A stretch of DNA of 64,000 bases, from the IMG/VR virus record IMGVR_UViG_3300020465_000011, positions 4,482 through 68,481 of that record. One strand, 5' to 3'. The notes beneath the pieces are model-generated. The model was given only the letters and a program-made list of their open reading frames with translations. It was not told the DNA's origin and searched no databases. The position numbers and the translations under genes were made by a program. This document shows, one piece after another, positions 29,604 to 40,479 of this stretch (position 1 is the first letter of the stretch; each line of letters begins with the position of its first letter). This stretch comes from a virus.

Positions 29604-30522
29604 ACATGAATGGTATGTTTATTATAGTAAATCGGGCATTATTAAAGAAATACATAGAGAAAAAATAGTTTCTAATTTAGACTATGTAATTACATTAGAC
29701 CAAGAAGCTGGTAAAATTATTTCTGGTCATGTTAACAAAAATCATTATTGTGTAAATTATAATTCAGAAAACGACTCAATTGAATTTATGCATAGAAAAT
29801 ATGCTGGTAATTTACAACCTCTAGAGTCATCATTATATCAGATACCTTTACAAACAGAAGCAATACCAGATCCAGATATAGGTGTACGATTATATCCTAA
29901 TGACAATGTGCTAACAATAGATATTGGCAAAAGTTGTAAAAATAGATTAACCTGGGGTATACATGTATATGATATTAAAAATCCGCAAGGTTCATTTCTT
30001 AATATATACATTACAAAAAAAGATAACCCGGATTATTTGATACTTCAAGTTAAAGTAGATCCTATAGAATTAATAACACATGAACGAATACTAGTTGAAT
30101 TACCAACTTCAGTATTACGTTATGTAAATTATAATGATATATCTATTTGGACAACTAGAATATTTGATGTTTACACATACAGATTAATTGAAACGTATGT
30201 TGATATTGATCCTAAGGATAACCGCAGAATTAAAATAACAGAAGATTCAAACGACTGTCATATTACATTTAGTAGAACAAATGAAGGTAATATATATGTT
30301 AAAGGTACTAAAGATATTTTACAACTTTCTCCAGAAAAATTCTTGCAATTTTATGTAGTAGATGCTACAATAACAAGAGATATAGAAAGTAGATACTTGT
30401 TTACGTTAGATGTATCATTGAATGATATTATCGCAGGCATAGATATGGGATTTAAATATTCTATTCCAGAAAAGTTTCGAGTATTACACAAACATAAACT
30501 AAAAATAGGAACAACCGTATGA
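29560..30522 (+). CDS. Hypothetical protein
   Basis: Long ORF overlapping both neighbours; YITKKDNPDYL motif. Confidence 0.6.
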   Translation: MESEPIIEVPIEPVKHEWYVYYSKSGIIKEIHREKIVSNLDYVITLDQEAGKIISGHVNKNHYCVNYNSENDSIEFMHRKYAGNLQPLESSLYQIPLQTEAIPDPDIGVRLYPNDNVLTIDIGKSCKNRLTWGIHVYDIKNPQGSFLNIYITKKDNPDYLILQVKVDPIELITHERILVELPTSVLRYVNYNDISIWTTRIFDVYTYRLIETYVDIDPKDNRRIKITEDSNDCHITFSRTNEGNIYVKGTKDILQLSPEKFLQFYVVDATITRDIESRYLFTLDVSLNDIIAGIDMGFKYSIPEKFRVLHKHKLKIGTTV

Positions 30523-31505
30523 GTATGGCAAGTATAAATGAATTTGATATAGTTTTTATAAGTTATGATGAACCTAACGCCGATAGTAACTATGCACACT
30601 TATTAGAAATATGTCCGTGGGCAATGCGTAGTCACGGAGTATGGGGCAGTGATGCCGCTCATAAAGCGGCCGCGGCAATGTGTGAATCTGACAGATTTAT
30701 TACAGTTGATGCAGATAATAAAGTAAGACCAGAATTTTTTAATATGGAAGTCGACTTACGTAAGTTAGGAAAAAGTGATGTTATTAGTTGGGCAGGCAAA
30801 AATGCAGTAAACGGATTAGTGTATGGTAATGGTGGCATTAAACTTTGGCCTAAGCATGTTGTTGAACAAATGCGTACACACGAGGCCGCACCTGAAGAAG
30901 ATGCTAAAGCTCAAGTTGACTTTTGTTGGAACATTGGTTATGTACAAATGAATAACGTTTATTGTGATGTTATGAATAACGGATCACCACTACAAGCATG
31001 GCGTGCAGGATTTCGAGAGGGCGTTAAAATGACTTTGGACGGTGGTGATGTTGTTAATCCAGAAGTATTAAAACAACACGTACATTATAAAAACCTAACT
31101 CGTTTATTCACATGGATGAGTGTAGGTGAAGATAGTGTAAATGGTTTATGGGCAATGTATGGTGCTAGGCAAGGATGTTACATGACAAACATAGCACGTA
31201 AAGATTGGGACTGGAGACTCGTTAGAGATTTTACATGGTTAACTGAATTTTTTAAAGAAGATGTGTTCCCACAGTTTGCAGATGACAATGGTGAAATATG
31301 TGCTAATACTGGTATGCGTTGGAGTTTAGAAAAACTTAGAGCTTCAACTGCTAACTATGGTGTAGATATTAAAAAACATCTTAACTTACCTATTGCCGAC
31401 CTAGATCCGGATGGTAGTAAGTTTTTTAAAGCAGTATACACAAATCCAACTAGACTTGAACCATTGGTCCGCGAAGATCAAGTCGAATACACCATAGAGG
31501 ACTAG
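30519..31505 (+). CDS. Phage glycosyltransferase (GT-A-like)
   Basis: FISYDEPNAD, AHKAAA, VDAD (DxD), N.VNGLVYGNGGIKLW, AWRAGFREGVK. Confidence 0.7.
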   Translation: MSMASINEFDIVFISYDEPNADSNYAHLLEICPWAMRSHGVWGSDAAHKAAAAMCESDRFITVDADNKVRPEFFNMEVDLRKLGKSDVISWAGKNAVNGLVYGNGGIKLWPKHVVEQMRTHEAAPEEDAKAQVDFCWNIGYVQMNNVYCDVMNNGSPLQAWRAGFREGVKMTLDGGDVVNPEVLKQHVHYKNLTRLFTWMSVGEDSVNGLWAMYGARQGCYMTNIARKDWDWRLVRDFTWLTEFFKEDVFPQFADDNGEICANTGMRWSLEKLRASTANYGVDIKKHLNLPIADLDPDGSKFFKAVYTNPTRLEPLVREDQVEYTIED

Positions 31506-31507
31506 AG

Positions 31508-31513
31508 TAAATA
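31508..31513 (+). promoter_or_regulatory. T4-like late promoter core TAAATA (leaderless position)
   Basis: 13-bp intergenic gap; TAAATA 5 nt before the ATG of the first radical SAM gene; no SD. Confidence 0.55.
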
Positions 31514-31518
31514 CTTGT

Positions 31519-33093
31519 ATGAATTTTAACGATATGAATTGGCACCGTTTTTCAAATGGTGTGCTTGAATGGAACGATCATAATGCTAATCAGATAAAAT
31601 CTTTATTAGAACAGTCTGGTGGCTGTGGTATGTGTTTAGCTAAGTTCAAACAAGTAACATTACATTTAGGCACAGGTATGACCCATTCATGCCATCACCC
31701 GTCACCACATAAAATTCCTCGAGAAGAAATTGATAAAAATCCAGCGGCACTATTTAATACATTGCATCTTAAAAAAGCAAGAAAGCAAATGCTTAATAAT
31801 GAAAAGCCAAGTGAATGTGACTATTGCTGGAGAGTAGAAGCTGAAGGGCAAAAAAGTGATAGATTTTTTAAAAGTTTAGAAAATTGGGCCAGTGATTATT
31901 ATGATGAAATAATTCAGTTAAATGGCAGTGAAGACATTTACCCAAGTTATTTAGAAGTAAGTTTTAGTAATGTTTGTAACATGAAATGTACATATTGTGG
32001 TCCTGAATTTAGTAGTAAATGGGTAGAAGAGTTAAAACAATATGGTCCTATTCACTTAGCAACTAATACTGCAAAACAAGAAGTATTACATGCACAACAC
32101 GATCTTCAAAATCTAACATTTAAAAATCGAGAGTTTAATCCATACATTGATGCGTTTTGGAAATGGTTTCCAAAAGCTCTTCCTCATTTAAGACACTATC
32201 GTATTACAGGTGGTGAACCTTTAATGAGTAAAGAAACTTTTAGAACTATGAAATATCTAATTGAAAATCCAAATACCGAAATGGAATTTTCAGTTAATAG
32301 TAATCTTAGTGTCCCAGATAAATTATGGGATGAATTTATTAAACTGTTAACTGAAATGAGAGATAAAGAAGTTGTTAAAAAAATTACTGTTTATACTAGT
32401 ATTGAAGGTTGGGGAGAACGTGCAGAGTATGCAAGAACAGGACTAAATTTTAATTTATTAAAATCTCGTGCTGAGCAAATTGCTCAAATGGATAATATTA
32501 GAATATCAGTGATGTCAGCATTTAACGTATTAAGTATTACTAGTTTTAAACCATTATTAGAATGGATATTAGATCTCAAAAGAAAATATACTGTAAATGA
32601 TACCAGTGAAACTGTTATTATGCAAAAAACTGGATATGAAAATAGTACTGGAACAATGGATGAAATTCTTGCTCATAGAAAACGCAATCATTCACATACA
32701 ATTACAGTTAGTATAGATATTCCATATTTGAGATGGCCAGAATGGATGGACGTACACTTTTGCACAGAAGAATTGTTTACCAAGCATTTGTTACCAGCAA
32801 TGAAATTTATGGCTGATAATAATCCATCTAGTGTATGGAGTACAGAAATTGGATTTTTAAATGCCGAAGTTGAAAAATTAAAACGTGTTGTTATGCACCG
32901 TGCTTATTATAATCAAAAGAAAAAACCTGAACGCGAAGGTCATGATGATATTAGAGAAGGACGAGCAAAATTTTATGATTATATCAATGAAATGGATAAT
33001 CGTAGAGGAACAAACTTTTTAGAAGTTTATCCAGAGATGAAAAATTTTTATAATACTTGTAAAGAAGCAAGAGAAACGTTTAACAATGTCTGA
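31519..33093 (+). CDS. Radical SAM protein with N-terminal twitch domain
   Basis: CLAKF..SCHHP..ECDYCW N-domain; CNMKCTYC; TGGEP. Confidence 0.92.
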   Translation: MNFNDMNWHRFSNGVLEWNDHNANQIKSLLEQSGGCGMCLAKFKQVTLHLGTGMTHSCHHPSPHKIPREEIDKNPAALFNTLHLKKARKQMLNNEKPSECDYCWRVEAEGQKSDRFFKSLENWASDYYDEIIQLNGSEDIYPSYLEVSFSNVCNMKCTYCGPEFSSKWVEELKQYGPIHLATNTAKQEVLHAQHDLQNLTFKNREFNPYIDAFWKWFPKALPHLRHYRITGGEPLMSKETFRTMKYLIENPNTEMEFSVNSNLSVPDKLWDEFIKLLTEMRDKEVVKKITVYTSIEGWGERAEYARTGLNFNLLKSRAEQIAQMDNIRISVMSAFNVLSITSFKPLLEWILDLKRKYTVNDTSETVIMQKTGYENSTGTMDEILAHRKRNHSHTITVSIDIPYLRWPEWMDVHFCTEELFTKHLLPAMKFMADNNPSSVWSTEIGFLNAEVEKLKRVVMHRAYYNQKKKPEREGHDDIREGRAKFYDYINEMDNRRGTNFLEVYPEMKNFYNTCKEARETFNNV

Positions 33094-34555
33094 TCCTCAT
33101 GATTATAAAAAGAATATACTAGATACAAAAAGCAAAACTTTTTGTGGAGCAAAATGGTATAATGCTACAATCTGGTTAGGACATGGTGCAACTACTAGTT
33201 GTCATCACCCACCTCCTCATAAAATTGATCCTGAAGAAGTTAAAAAAGATCCTAGTGCGTTACACAATACAACTTATAAAAAACTTGTAAGAAAAGAAAT
33301 GCAAGAAGGTGTTCAATGTAAAGAATGCGAATACTGTTGGAAGATTGAAAATTTAGAGCAAGACTTAATAAGTGATAGAGTTTATAAAAGTAACATATAT
33401 GATGATGAAAAGCTACAAGAAGCATTTGACTCCAATTGGAGGAAGAGTTTTAATCCTATTAATTTAGAAATTGCATTTGATGCCAACTGTAATTTTGCAT
33501 GTAGTTATTGCAATGCTGGGTTTAGTACTACATGGGCACATGATGTTAAAAAGAACGGACCGTACAAAGATTTGCTTAGTGACGGTTGGGGTGCATTTGC
33601 AACTGAAGGTAATTGGGCTCAGCCGTATGGTTTAAAAAATGAAGGTAATCCATATATTGAAGCATTTTGGAAATGGTGGGAAAGTGACTTACAGTATTCA
33701 TTGAATGAACTTCGTGTTACTGGAGGAGAAGCAACTGTTAGTAAAGATTTTTGGAAACTAGTTAATTGGTTTGAAAAGAATCCAGGGTGTAAGGTAAATT
33801 TAGCAGTAAATACAAATCTAGGAATTAAAAAAGACAGGTTAAAAAAACTTATTAATAGTAGTAAATTTATTAGAAAGTTAGACATATATTCTAGTAACGA
33901 AAGTTTTGGACCACAGTCAGAATATATACGTGATGGTTTAATATGGAAAGATTGGTTTGAAAATTCTGAAACATTGTTAACTGAATCTAATGCAGGTTAT
34001 CATGTTATGCTAACACTAAATGCATTATGTTTAGGAAGTTTGGATAAATTTCATGAAGCTATATTTGAATTAAAAAGTAAAACAGGTAAGAATATATATT
34101 TGAGTTATAATATATTACGATTTCCTAGTTTTCAAAGTATTACAACATTACCTAAACATATTAGAGATGAGAGGTCTGAATATTATCAAAAATGGCTAGA
34201 TAAAAATAAACAACATTTGAATAGACATGAAGTTGATGGAATGGACAGAACAATCAGCTACATAAAAAATGTTGACGAAGGACATAGTGTAAAAGAACTA
34301 AGCGACTTATCTTGTAGACAAAATGACTTCTTTAATTTTTATAGTCAATATGACGTAAGAAGAAACAAAGTATTTGCAAGAGCATTTGGTGACTGGCCTG
34401 ATCTTATTGAATGGTATACATCTTTAGCAGGAAATATTAATCACCGCGATATATCTGAACCTATTGAAGCAAATGCAGTTGATTGGGGTAAAGATATATA
34501 TGATGGCGTAATAGAAGATGCCATTAAGCAAGGTTTAGTCAATGGACCGGCGTAA
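33086..34555 (+). CDS. Radical SAM protein with N-terminal twitch domain
   Basis: CGAKW..SCHHP..ECEYCW; CNFACSYC; TGGEA. Confidence 0.92.
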   Translation: MSDPHDYKKNILDTKSKTFCGAKWYNATIWLGHGATTSCHHPPPHKIDPEEVKKDPSALHNTTYKKLVRKEMQEGVQCKECEYCWKIENLEQDLISDRVYKSNIYDDEKLQEAFDSNWRKSFNPINLEIAFDANCNFACSYCNAGFSTTWAHDVKKNGPYKDLLSDGWGAFATEGNWAQPYGLKNEGNPYIEAFWKWWESDLQYSLNELRVTGGEATVSKDFWKLVNWFEKNPGCKVNLAVNTNLGIKKDRLKKLINSSKFIRKLDIYSSNESFGPQSEYIRDGLIWKDWFENSETLLTESNAGYHVMLTLNALCLGSLDKFHEAIFELKSKTGKNIYLSYNILRFPSFQSITTLPKHIRDERSEYYQKWLDKNKQHLNRHEVDGMDRTISYIKNVDEGHSVKELSDLSCRQNDFFNFYSQYDVRRNKVFARAFGDWPDLIEWYTSLAGNINHRDISEPIEANAVDWGKDIYDGVIEDAIKQGLVNGPA

Positions 34556-35438
34556 AATACTACTAGTATCTCCTACTTTAAGTGATTCTTTATTTTTTTG
34601 TCAAGTAACAGGACATCATTTAAATGTTCTCTGGCCGGGCTGGTGGAACGGCTTAAATGAAAAATATGGTTCATTTGAGATTATAACCAAATTTGGTGTA
34701 ACACGTGGTGATGATGCTAATAAAATTTACGGATCGTGGAACAAGGAAGGCTGTTTACAATTTCTAGAAGATATGAAGAACTATGATGGTTATCTTACTA
34801 GTATAAAGTTAGATAGCTATAACTATCTTTATAATAATGGTTTACTAGATAATCTTAAAGAAGCAAGTAAGGATTGTTATCATATTTTACTTTTTAAAAG
34901 AGATTTTATAGATACAGTTCTAAGTTTATGTTTACTTAATAGTGAAGAACAAAGTGTAGATGATCCTAATGATGGTTTAAAACGTCGTCGATGGTACGAA
35001 TCAACAGATCCTGTCACAGTTACTAAAGAACATGTAATAGATCAATTTTATTATCTGTTTGAAACATACGCAGATTTTATCCTAGGAAATAAATTTGGTA
35101 TCAAATTTGATGAAATAATGTTTTCTGAAGAGCTTAGAAATGTAAAAACATTTAAACAGATAATGGAAAAAACAAAACTTGCCAAGGACTGGAATTATGA
35201 AGGTATTCCAATGGCTGGCCCGGACCCTAGTATTAGTTTCAGTAAGCAAGGTTATATTTCAAACTACTATCAAACAGTATTTTGGATCATTGAATTACTT
35301 CAATTAAATATAGATAATATACATGTCCCAACTAATCAGCCTGAATTTAAAAATATTGATTGGGGGATTGATTTGAGTCAACAAGTTTCTATATTATCTA
35401 GATGGGTAAAACAGGCTCGAGATTGGAATAATAAATGA
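34542..35438 (+). CDS. Degenerate sulfotransferase-like (P-loop) protein
   Basis: ILLVSPTLSDS in place of a PRSGS loop; LFKRDFIDTVLS resembles the 3'-PB motif. Confidence 0.4.
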   Translation: MDRRKILLVSPTLSDSLFFCQVTGHHLNVLWPGWWNGLNEKYGSFEIITKFGVTRGDDANKIYGSWNKEGCLQFLEDMKNYDGYLTSIKLDSYNYLYNNGLLDNLKEASKDCYHILLFKRDFIDTVLSLCLLNSEEQSVDDPNDGLKRRRWYESTDPVTVTKEHVIDQFYYLFETYADFILGNKFGIKFDEIMFSEELRNVKTFKQIMEKTKLAKDWNYEGIPMAGPDPSISFSKQGYISNYYQTVFWIIELLQLNIDNIHVPTNQPEFKNIDWGIDLSQQVSILSRWVKQARDWNNK

Positions 35439-36868
35439 CTGTATTGCATAAAGTTCCTAAAGGACTTGATAAAAAAACAGAAGAGACTTTACCAGAGACA
35501 AATGTAGAACGATTTAATCGTATGAAAAAGAATAAAAGTTTCTGTGCGGCTCCATGGTTACATATTCATAGTTTACCACAAGGTTATATTATGCCTTGTT
35601 GTATGTGGGATTATGGCATATTTAAAGAAAACCCATATCGATATGGAAATATGCGTGATGTTAAAAATATAAATGAAGCTTTAAACAGTGACCAATTTAA
35701 AAAACTTAGACTTCAAATGATGGCAGGAGAAAAAATTAAAGGTTGTATCAGATGTTACGATAGAGAAGTTCATGCTCCTCCCAGTGGGAAAGAAGCCGAA
35801 CAATATTCGATGCGAGGTTGGTTCAATGAATACTTCTTTAGAAGAAGCCATGAATATCATGACATGGCAGATTACGTTATGGGAACACAACCAGACGGAA
35901 CAATACATGATATAAAGATACGTTATCTAGACATTAGGTTTGGAAATATTTGTAATCTTAGATGTAGAATGTGCGGACATGGATTGAGTAGTACATGGTA
36001 TGACGAAGAAAAGAAAATAAATCCACATCGAGGCCTTCAAAAATTTATTCATACTGATTGTTATGATAAGATAGAGGAATATCTTCCTCATGTAACAGAA
36101 ATATACTTTGCTGGCGGTGAGCCATTTTTATATCCTGAACATTTAAAAATGTTGGATAAATTAATTGAGGTAGGAAATACTAATTGTAGTATAAAATATA
36201 ATACCAATCTAACTACTTTAAAGTATAAGAAAAGAAGTTTACTAGATGTGTGGAAACGATTTCCAAATGTTCATATAGGTGCCAGTATAGACGGTATGGG
36301 AGATACCGTCGAATATATTAGAACAAATATGAATTGGAAAGATTTTAAAAATAACTTTCAGCGTGTCAAAGAGGAATGTCCACATGTTAGTATTACCGCT
36401 TCACCTACAATAGGAGTGTTCAATATTGAAACATATCCTGAATTTGATAGATTTCAAATTGAAAATGGGTGGACCAATGGACACCACGCAATTAACTATA
36501 TTATGGCACCCGATGAGATGAATATATATTTCATGCCAACTTGGTATAAGGATAAGTTAATAAAAATATACGAAGAGCATCGCGATTGGATATACAATAC
36601 TATAGGCGTTGCAAATAAACATGCACTAAGAATAAATGAAATAATAAAAAGATTACAAATAGAACATGCAACTCCTGAAGAGGTTGATAAACATATGGCT
36701 CGTTTGCATCATAAACTTGAATTATATGATGATACAGCAGGATTAAATTGGAAGAAATCAATGCCTCATCTGGACGCTATGCTCAAAATGCATTTTTATA
36801 AAAGACAACAAAATCTCCAAGATTCTGAATTAGCTGAACTTCCTAAAGGCTGGGGAGAAGTTAAGTGA
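35435..36868 (+). CDS. Radical SAM protein with N-terminal twitch domain
   Basis: FCAAPW..PCC..GCIRCY; CNLRCRMC; AGGEP. Confidence 0.93.
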   Translation: MTVLHKVPKGLDKKTEETLPETNVERFNRMKKNKSFCAAPWLHIHSLPQGYIMPCCMWDYGIFKENPYRYGNMRDVKNINEALNSDQFKKLRLQMMAGEKIKGCIRCYDREVHAPPSGKEAEQYSMRGWFNEYFFRRSHEYHDMADYVMGTQPDGTIHDIKIRYLDIRFGNICNLRCRMCGHGLSSTWYDEEKKINPHRGLQKFIHTDCYDKIEEYLPHVTEIYFAGGEPFLYPEHLKMLDKLIEVGNTNCSIKYNTNLTTLKYKKRSLLDVWKRFPNVHIGASIDGMGDTVEYIRTNMNWKDFKNNFQRVKEECPHVSITASPTIGVFNIETYPEFDRFQIENGWTNGHHAINYIMAPDEMNIYFMPTWYKDKLIKIYEEHRDWIYNTIGVANKHALRINEIIKRLQIEHATPEEVDKHMARLHHKLELYDDTAGLNWKKSMPHLDAMLKMHFYKRQQNLQDSELAELPKGWGEVK

Positions 36869-38064
36869 AGAAATATTGTGTAATGCCATGGATAGGACTT
36901 GAAGTTAATAACAATGGAAATTTGAGACCGTGTTGTGTTTATAAAGATCAAATCAGAGATGAACAGGGCAAAACTTTTAATATTAATAATAACACAATAG
37001 AAGAATATGCTAACAGTAAATCAATGATTGAACTTAAAGAGAAACTTATAAATGGACAAGAGCCATGGGGCTGTATTAAATGTTATGAAGAAGAAAGTCT
37101 AAATGTTGCTAGTCTGCGTCAACGAAAAAACAAGTATTATAAAGATTATATTACAAAATCAGTAGAAGCTGTAGACTTGATTTCTGTTGATTTAAAATTA
37201 AGTAACTTGTGTAATCAAAAATGTGTAATTTGTAATACTGGTGCTAGTAGTTTATTAGCTTCTGAAAATAAACAAATTCTGCCAGAGCTGAACATCGACT
37301 GGAATAAAACACAAGATCTATATCATTGGTATAAAAAAGATGAAGTATGGAGTGAGCTAGAAGCAAAAACACAAGCAACACAACATTTTGATTTTTTTGG
37401 CGGTGAGCCATGGCTTATAAAAAAGCAATGGGAATTTCTTAAACATCTAATAGATTCAGATAGATGTAAATGGGTATCATTGAATTATGCTACCAATGGT
37501 AGCATACATGATGATGCATACTTCACTGAATACTTTTCTAAATTTAGAGATGTTTCTATATTATATAGTGGTGATGGAATTGAAAATTCGTTTGAATACA
37601 ATAGATTTCCAGGAAAATGGGAAACATATAAAAACAATGTTCTTAAAGCTAAAAAGTTTCAAGTTGATAATAGTATTTCATGGATGGGAGTTGCATATAC
37701 AGTAAGTGCATACAGTATACATAATGTCATTGAGGCCATGGATTTTTATACAAAAAACAATGTTGAAGTATGGTTTAATATGGTAAATGAAGATGAACTG
37801 TGTGCAGGAGTATTACCTGATGATGTTAAAAAAGCAATACGGAAAAATATTAAAGAAGGATGGCGATCAGATTTTACTACACTAGATAAAAATATTGATA
37901 CTGCATTTTTTGAACAACAATTAGATAGAGAAGTTAGTAGTAACTGGAAAAAAGTATTTGTGAAGAAAACTAATGCACGTGACAAATTTAGAGGAGTTGA
38001 TTTTACTAAGTTAATTCCAATGGCTTCGCTTAAAGAATTTTTAGGCAGGGACGCATCATGGTAG
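36865..38064 (+). CDS. Radical SAM protein with N-terminal twitch domain
   Basis: YCVMPW..PCC..GCIKCY; CNQKCVIC; FGGEP. Confidence 0.92.
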   Translation: MKKYCVMPWIGLEVNNNGNLRPCCVYKDQIRDEQGKTFNINNNTIEEYANSKSMIELKEKLINGQEPWGCIKCYEEESLNVASLRQRKNKYYKDYITKSVEAVDLISVDLKLSNLCNQKCVICNTGASSLLASENKQILPELNIDWNKTQDLYHWYKKDEVWSELEAKTQATQHFDFFGGEPWLIKKQWEFLKHLIDSDRCKWVSLNYATNGSIHDDAYFTEYFSKFRDVSILYSGDGIENSFEYNRFPGKWETYKNNVLKAKKFQVDNSISWMGVAYTVSAYSIHNVIEAMDFYTKNNVEVWFNMVNEDELCAGVLPDDVKKAIRKNIKEGWRSDFTTLDKNIDTAFFEQQLDREVSSNWKKVFVKKTNARDKFRGVDFTKLIPMASLKEFLGRDASW

Positions 38065-39338
38065 AGCCTCAATATAATATATGCAGTAAAATGTGGACAG
38101 ATTTGAATATAAATTTTCAAAAGAAAACTTTCCAACATTGTTGTAAACAGGTGCATCAACCAATATCATTGATTGAGATTGATAAATTAAAGGCAGATGT
38201 ATTTGATTTTCATGAACGTAATGTAAGAAATAGAAAGATCAGCATTGATCATAACATGTTACCTCCTGATTGTCAATGGTGTATATCTACTGCTCCTAAT
38301 AATATTAAAAAAGTTTGGAACATATGGGAAGACGAAGATCTAGATGAATATCAGAAAACCAATGATCTTGCAACTCTTAAAAAAACTTCTAGAACTGCAT
38401 ACATTGATTTAGATATTGGAAATAGTTGTGATTTAGCATGTGTCTACTGCGGGCCATGGAGTAGCACAACATGGGCTAAAGAATTAGGTCAAATTAAATC
38501 TGCTAGAAATTTCATTGACCCGGAATGGAAGGAAAAAATACTAGAGAACTTATCTCTTTATTTGTTAAAGTTAGACAGTACTGAAAAAATTGTTTTTAAT
38601 ATACTAGGCGGAGAACCGTTGTTAATTGTTGATACATATGAAATTATTTCATATCTAAGTAATAACTGTAAGCACTTTAAACAAAAACCTATACTAATGA
38701 TTACAACAAATTTAAATTGTAAACCTGCAAGTTTAAAAAAGTTATTAGAAACTTTAGAAGAAACTAAGGACATTTTTGAATGGAACATAAGTGTCAGTAT
38801 AGAAGATATTAATATACGTGCAGAACAAGTAAGATATCATTTAGATTTTAATAAATTTGAAAATAATCTTAAAGCTATTAAAAATGCACCAGATAAGATA
38901 TATGTAACAGCTACTTTAAGTATTTTTAGTTTTCCTAACTTTCATGAGTTCATTAATTGGATTTTTTGGGTCCTAGGGGTTGAAAACTATAATAAGACTT
39001 GGGATTTTACTTTAAACAATGTACAAGAAGGATTCACTGACTTAGCGTATTGTCCTCGCGAGTTAATAGATATAGATAAAATTAAAAACACATACAATAC
39101 ACTTATCAAAGACATAACAGATAGAAACGAACATAAAGTTAGAAATGTTATGGATCATCTAGATAATATGTATCAACGTTCAGGAACTAAGAAACCAGGA
39201 AGAGAGTTTTATGGTTTCTGGGACAAAATGAGTAAAAGAAGAAATGTAGATTATTTTACAATTTATCCATTGACGTCAATGAAATTTCCATGCAACTTGG
39301 AAGATAATAAGTTAGTAACCAATGATCAGATTTCATGA
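38058..39338 (+). CDS. Radical SAM protein with N-terminal twitch domain
   Basis: ICSKMW..HCC..DCQWC; CDLACVYC; LGGEP. Confidence 0.92.
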   Translation: MVEPQYNICSKMWTDLNINFQKKTFQHCCKQVHQPISLIEIDKLKADVFDFHERNVRNRKISIDHNMLPPDCQWCISTAPNNIKKVWNIWEDEDLDEYQKTNDLATLKKTSRTAYIDLDIGNSCDLACVYCGPWSSTTWAKELGQIKSARNFIDPEWKEKILENLSLYLLKLDSTEKIVFNILGGEPLLIVDTYEIISYLSNNCKHFKQKPILMITTNLNCKPASLKKLLETLEETKDIFEWNISVSIEDINIRAEQVRYHLDFNKFENNLKAIKNAPDKIYVTATLSIFSFPNFHEFINWIFWVLGVENYNKTWDFTLNNVQEGFTDLAYCPRELIDIDKIKNTYNTLIKDITDRNEHKVRNVMDHLDNMYQRSGTKKPGREFYGFWDKMSKRRNVDYFTIYPLTSMKFPCNLEDNKLVTNDQIS

Positions 39339-40479
39339 ATTAGAAAGAATTCATATTGAGTTAAGCTCTGCTTGTAATGCGGCCTGCCCTGCATGTCCAA
39401 GAAATGTCGACGGAGGATATACTATACCATGGTTAACAACACGAACTTTATCCTTTGAAGATTTTATAAAAATATTCACCAGTGAAGTTTGTCAACAACT
39501 TAAAACAATTTTAATGTGTGGAAATTATGGTGATCCTATTTACTGTAAAGATTTGCCAAAAATATTAGAATACTTGTGGAAGGAAAATACAAGACTACAT
39601 GTACATGTTCATACCAATGGTGGTGTACGAAGTCCGGAGTGGTGGAGTGCTTTAGCAAAATCTAATCCTAAGTTATTGGTTGTTTTTAGTATAGACGGTC
39701 TAGAAGATACAAATCACATATATAGAAGAAATGTTAACTGGCAGAAACTAAGAGAAAATATTATTGCGTATATAAAAGTTGGAGGTCATGCAATATGGGA
39801 ATTTCTTATTTTTAAACACAATCAACACCAAATCAATGATGCTAGACAGATGTCAATTGAATTAGGGTTTATAGATTTTAAAGCTAAACGTGCATTTGGA
39901 TTTGAAAACGTTGCTAATAGCTATAATTCAATGAGGGTGTTAGATAATATAGGAAACGTAGAGTATTTTATACAGCCTCCAGATAACGAAGAATTTAGAA
40001 ATAAAAACTTTCAAACAGAAGATACAGAGCGATATGATTATTCGGCTAATAATAGTTTACCATTGGATGCTTATGAAGTAGCTTGGAGTCAACGTGATAA
40101 TAATTTTAATTATGTGCTTAATGCTGAACTTAAAGATTACGAAAAACTAGATGGTACTGAAATATCATGCATGACTAAAAATTCTAAAGAAATATATATT
40201 GACAGTAATGGAAATGTACACCCTTGCTGTTTTTTAGGAATAGGCAGTCAAAATGTTACACTTGCAAGTGACACTATGCAATACCATAAATGGCTTAAAG
40301 AGAATATAGAGTTAGATAAAACTAATGCTAAAAATTATTCACTTAGGCAAATATTAGATACTAACTTTCTATCTAAGATAGAAAACACATGGAACAAAAC
40401 ACACAAAGAAGGAAGATTAATGTGTTGCACTAGAATGTGTATAAGAAATAAAAGTGCAACAGATAAATTATACGTATGA
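39322..40479 (+). CDS. Radical SAM protein with C-terminal twitch/SPASM domain
   Basis: CNAACPACPR; CGNYGDP; FSIDGL; C-terminal ISC..HPCC..CCTRMC. Confidence 0.92.
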   Translation: MIRFHELERIHIELSSACNAACPACPRNVDGGYTIPWLTTRTLSFEDFIKIFTSEVCQQLKTILMCGNYGDPIYCKDLPKILEYLWKENTRLHVHVHTNGGVRSPEWWSALAKSNPKLLVVFSIDGLEDTNHIYRRNVNWQKLRENIIAYIKVGGHAIWEFLIFKHNQHQINDARQMSIELGFIDFKAKRAFGFENVANSYNSMRVLDNIGNVEYFIQPPDNEEFRNKNFQTEDTERYDYSANNSLPLDAYEVAWSQRDNNFNYVLNAELKDYEKLDGTEISCMTKNSKEIYIDSNGNVHPCCFLGIGSQNVTLASDTMQYHKWLKENIELDKTNAKNYSLRQILDTNFLSKIENTWNKTHKEGRLMCCTRMCIRNKSATDKLYV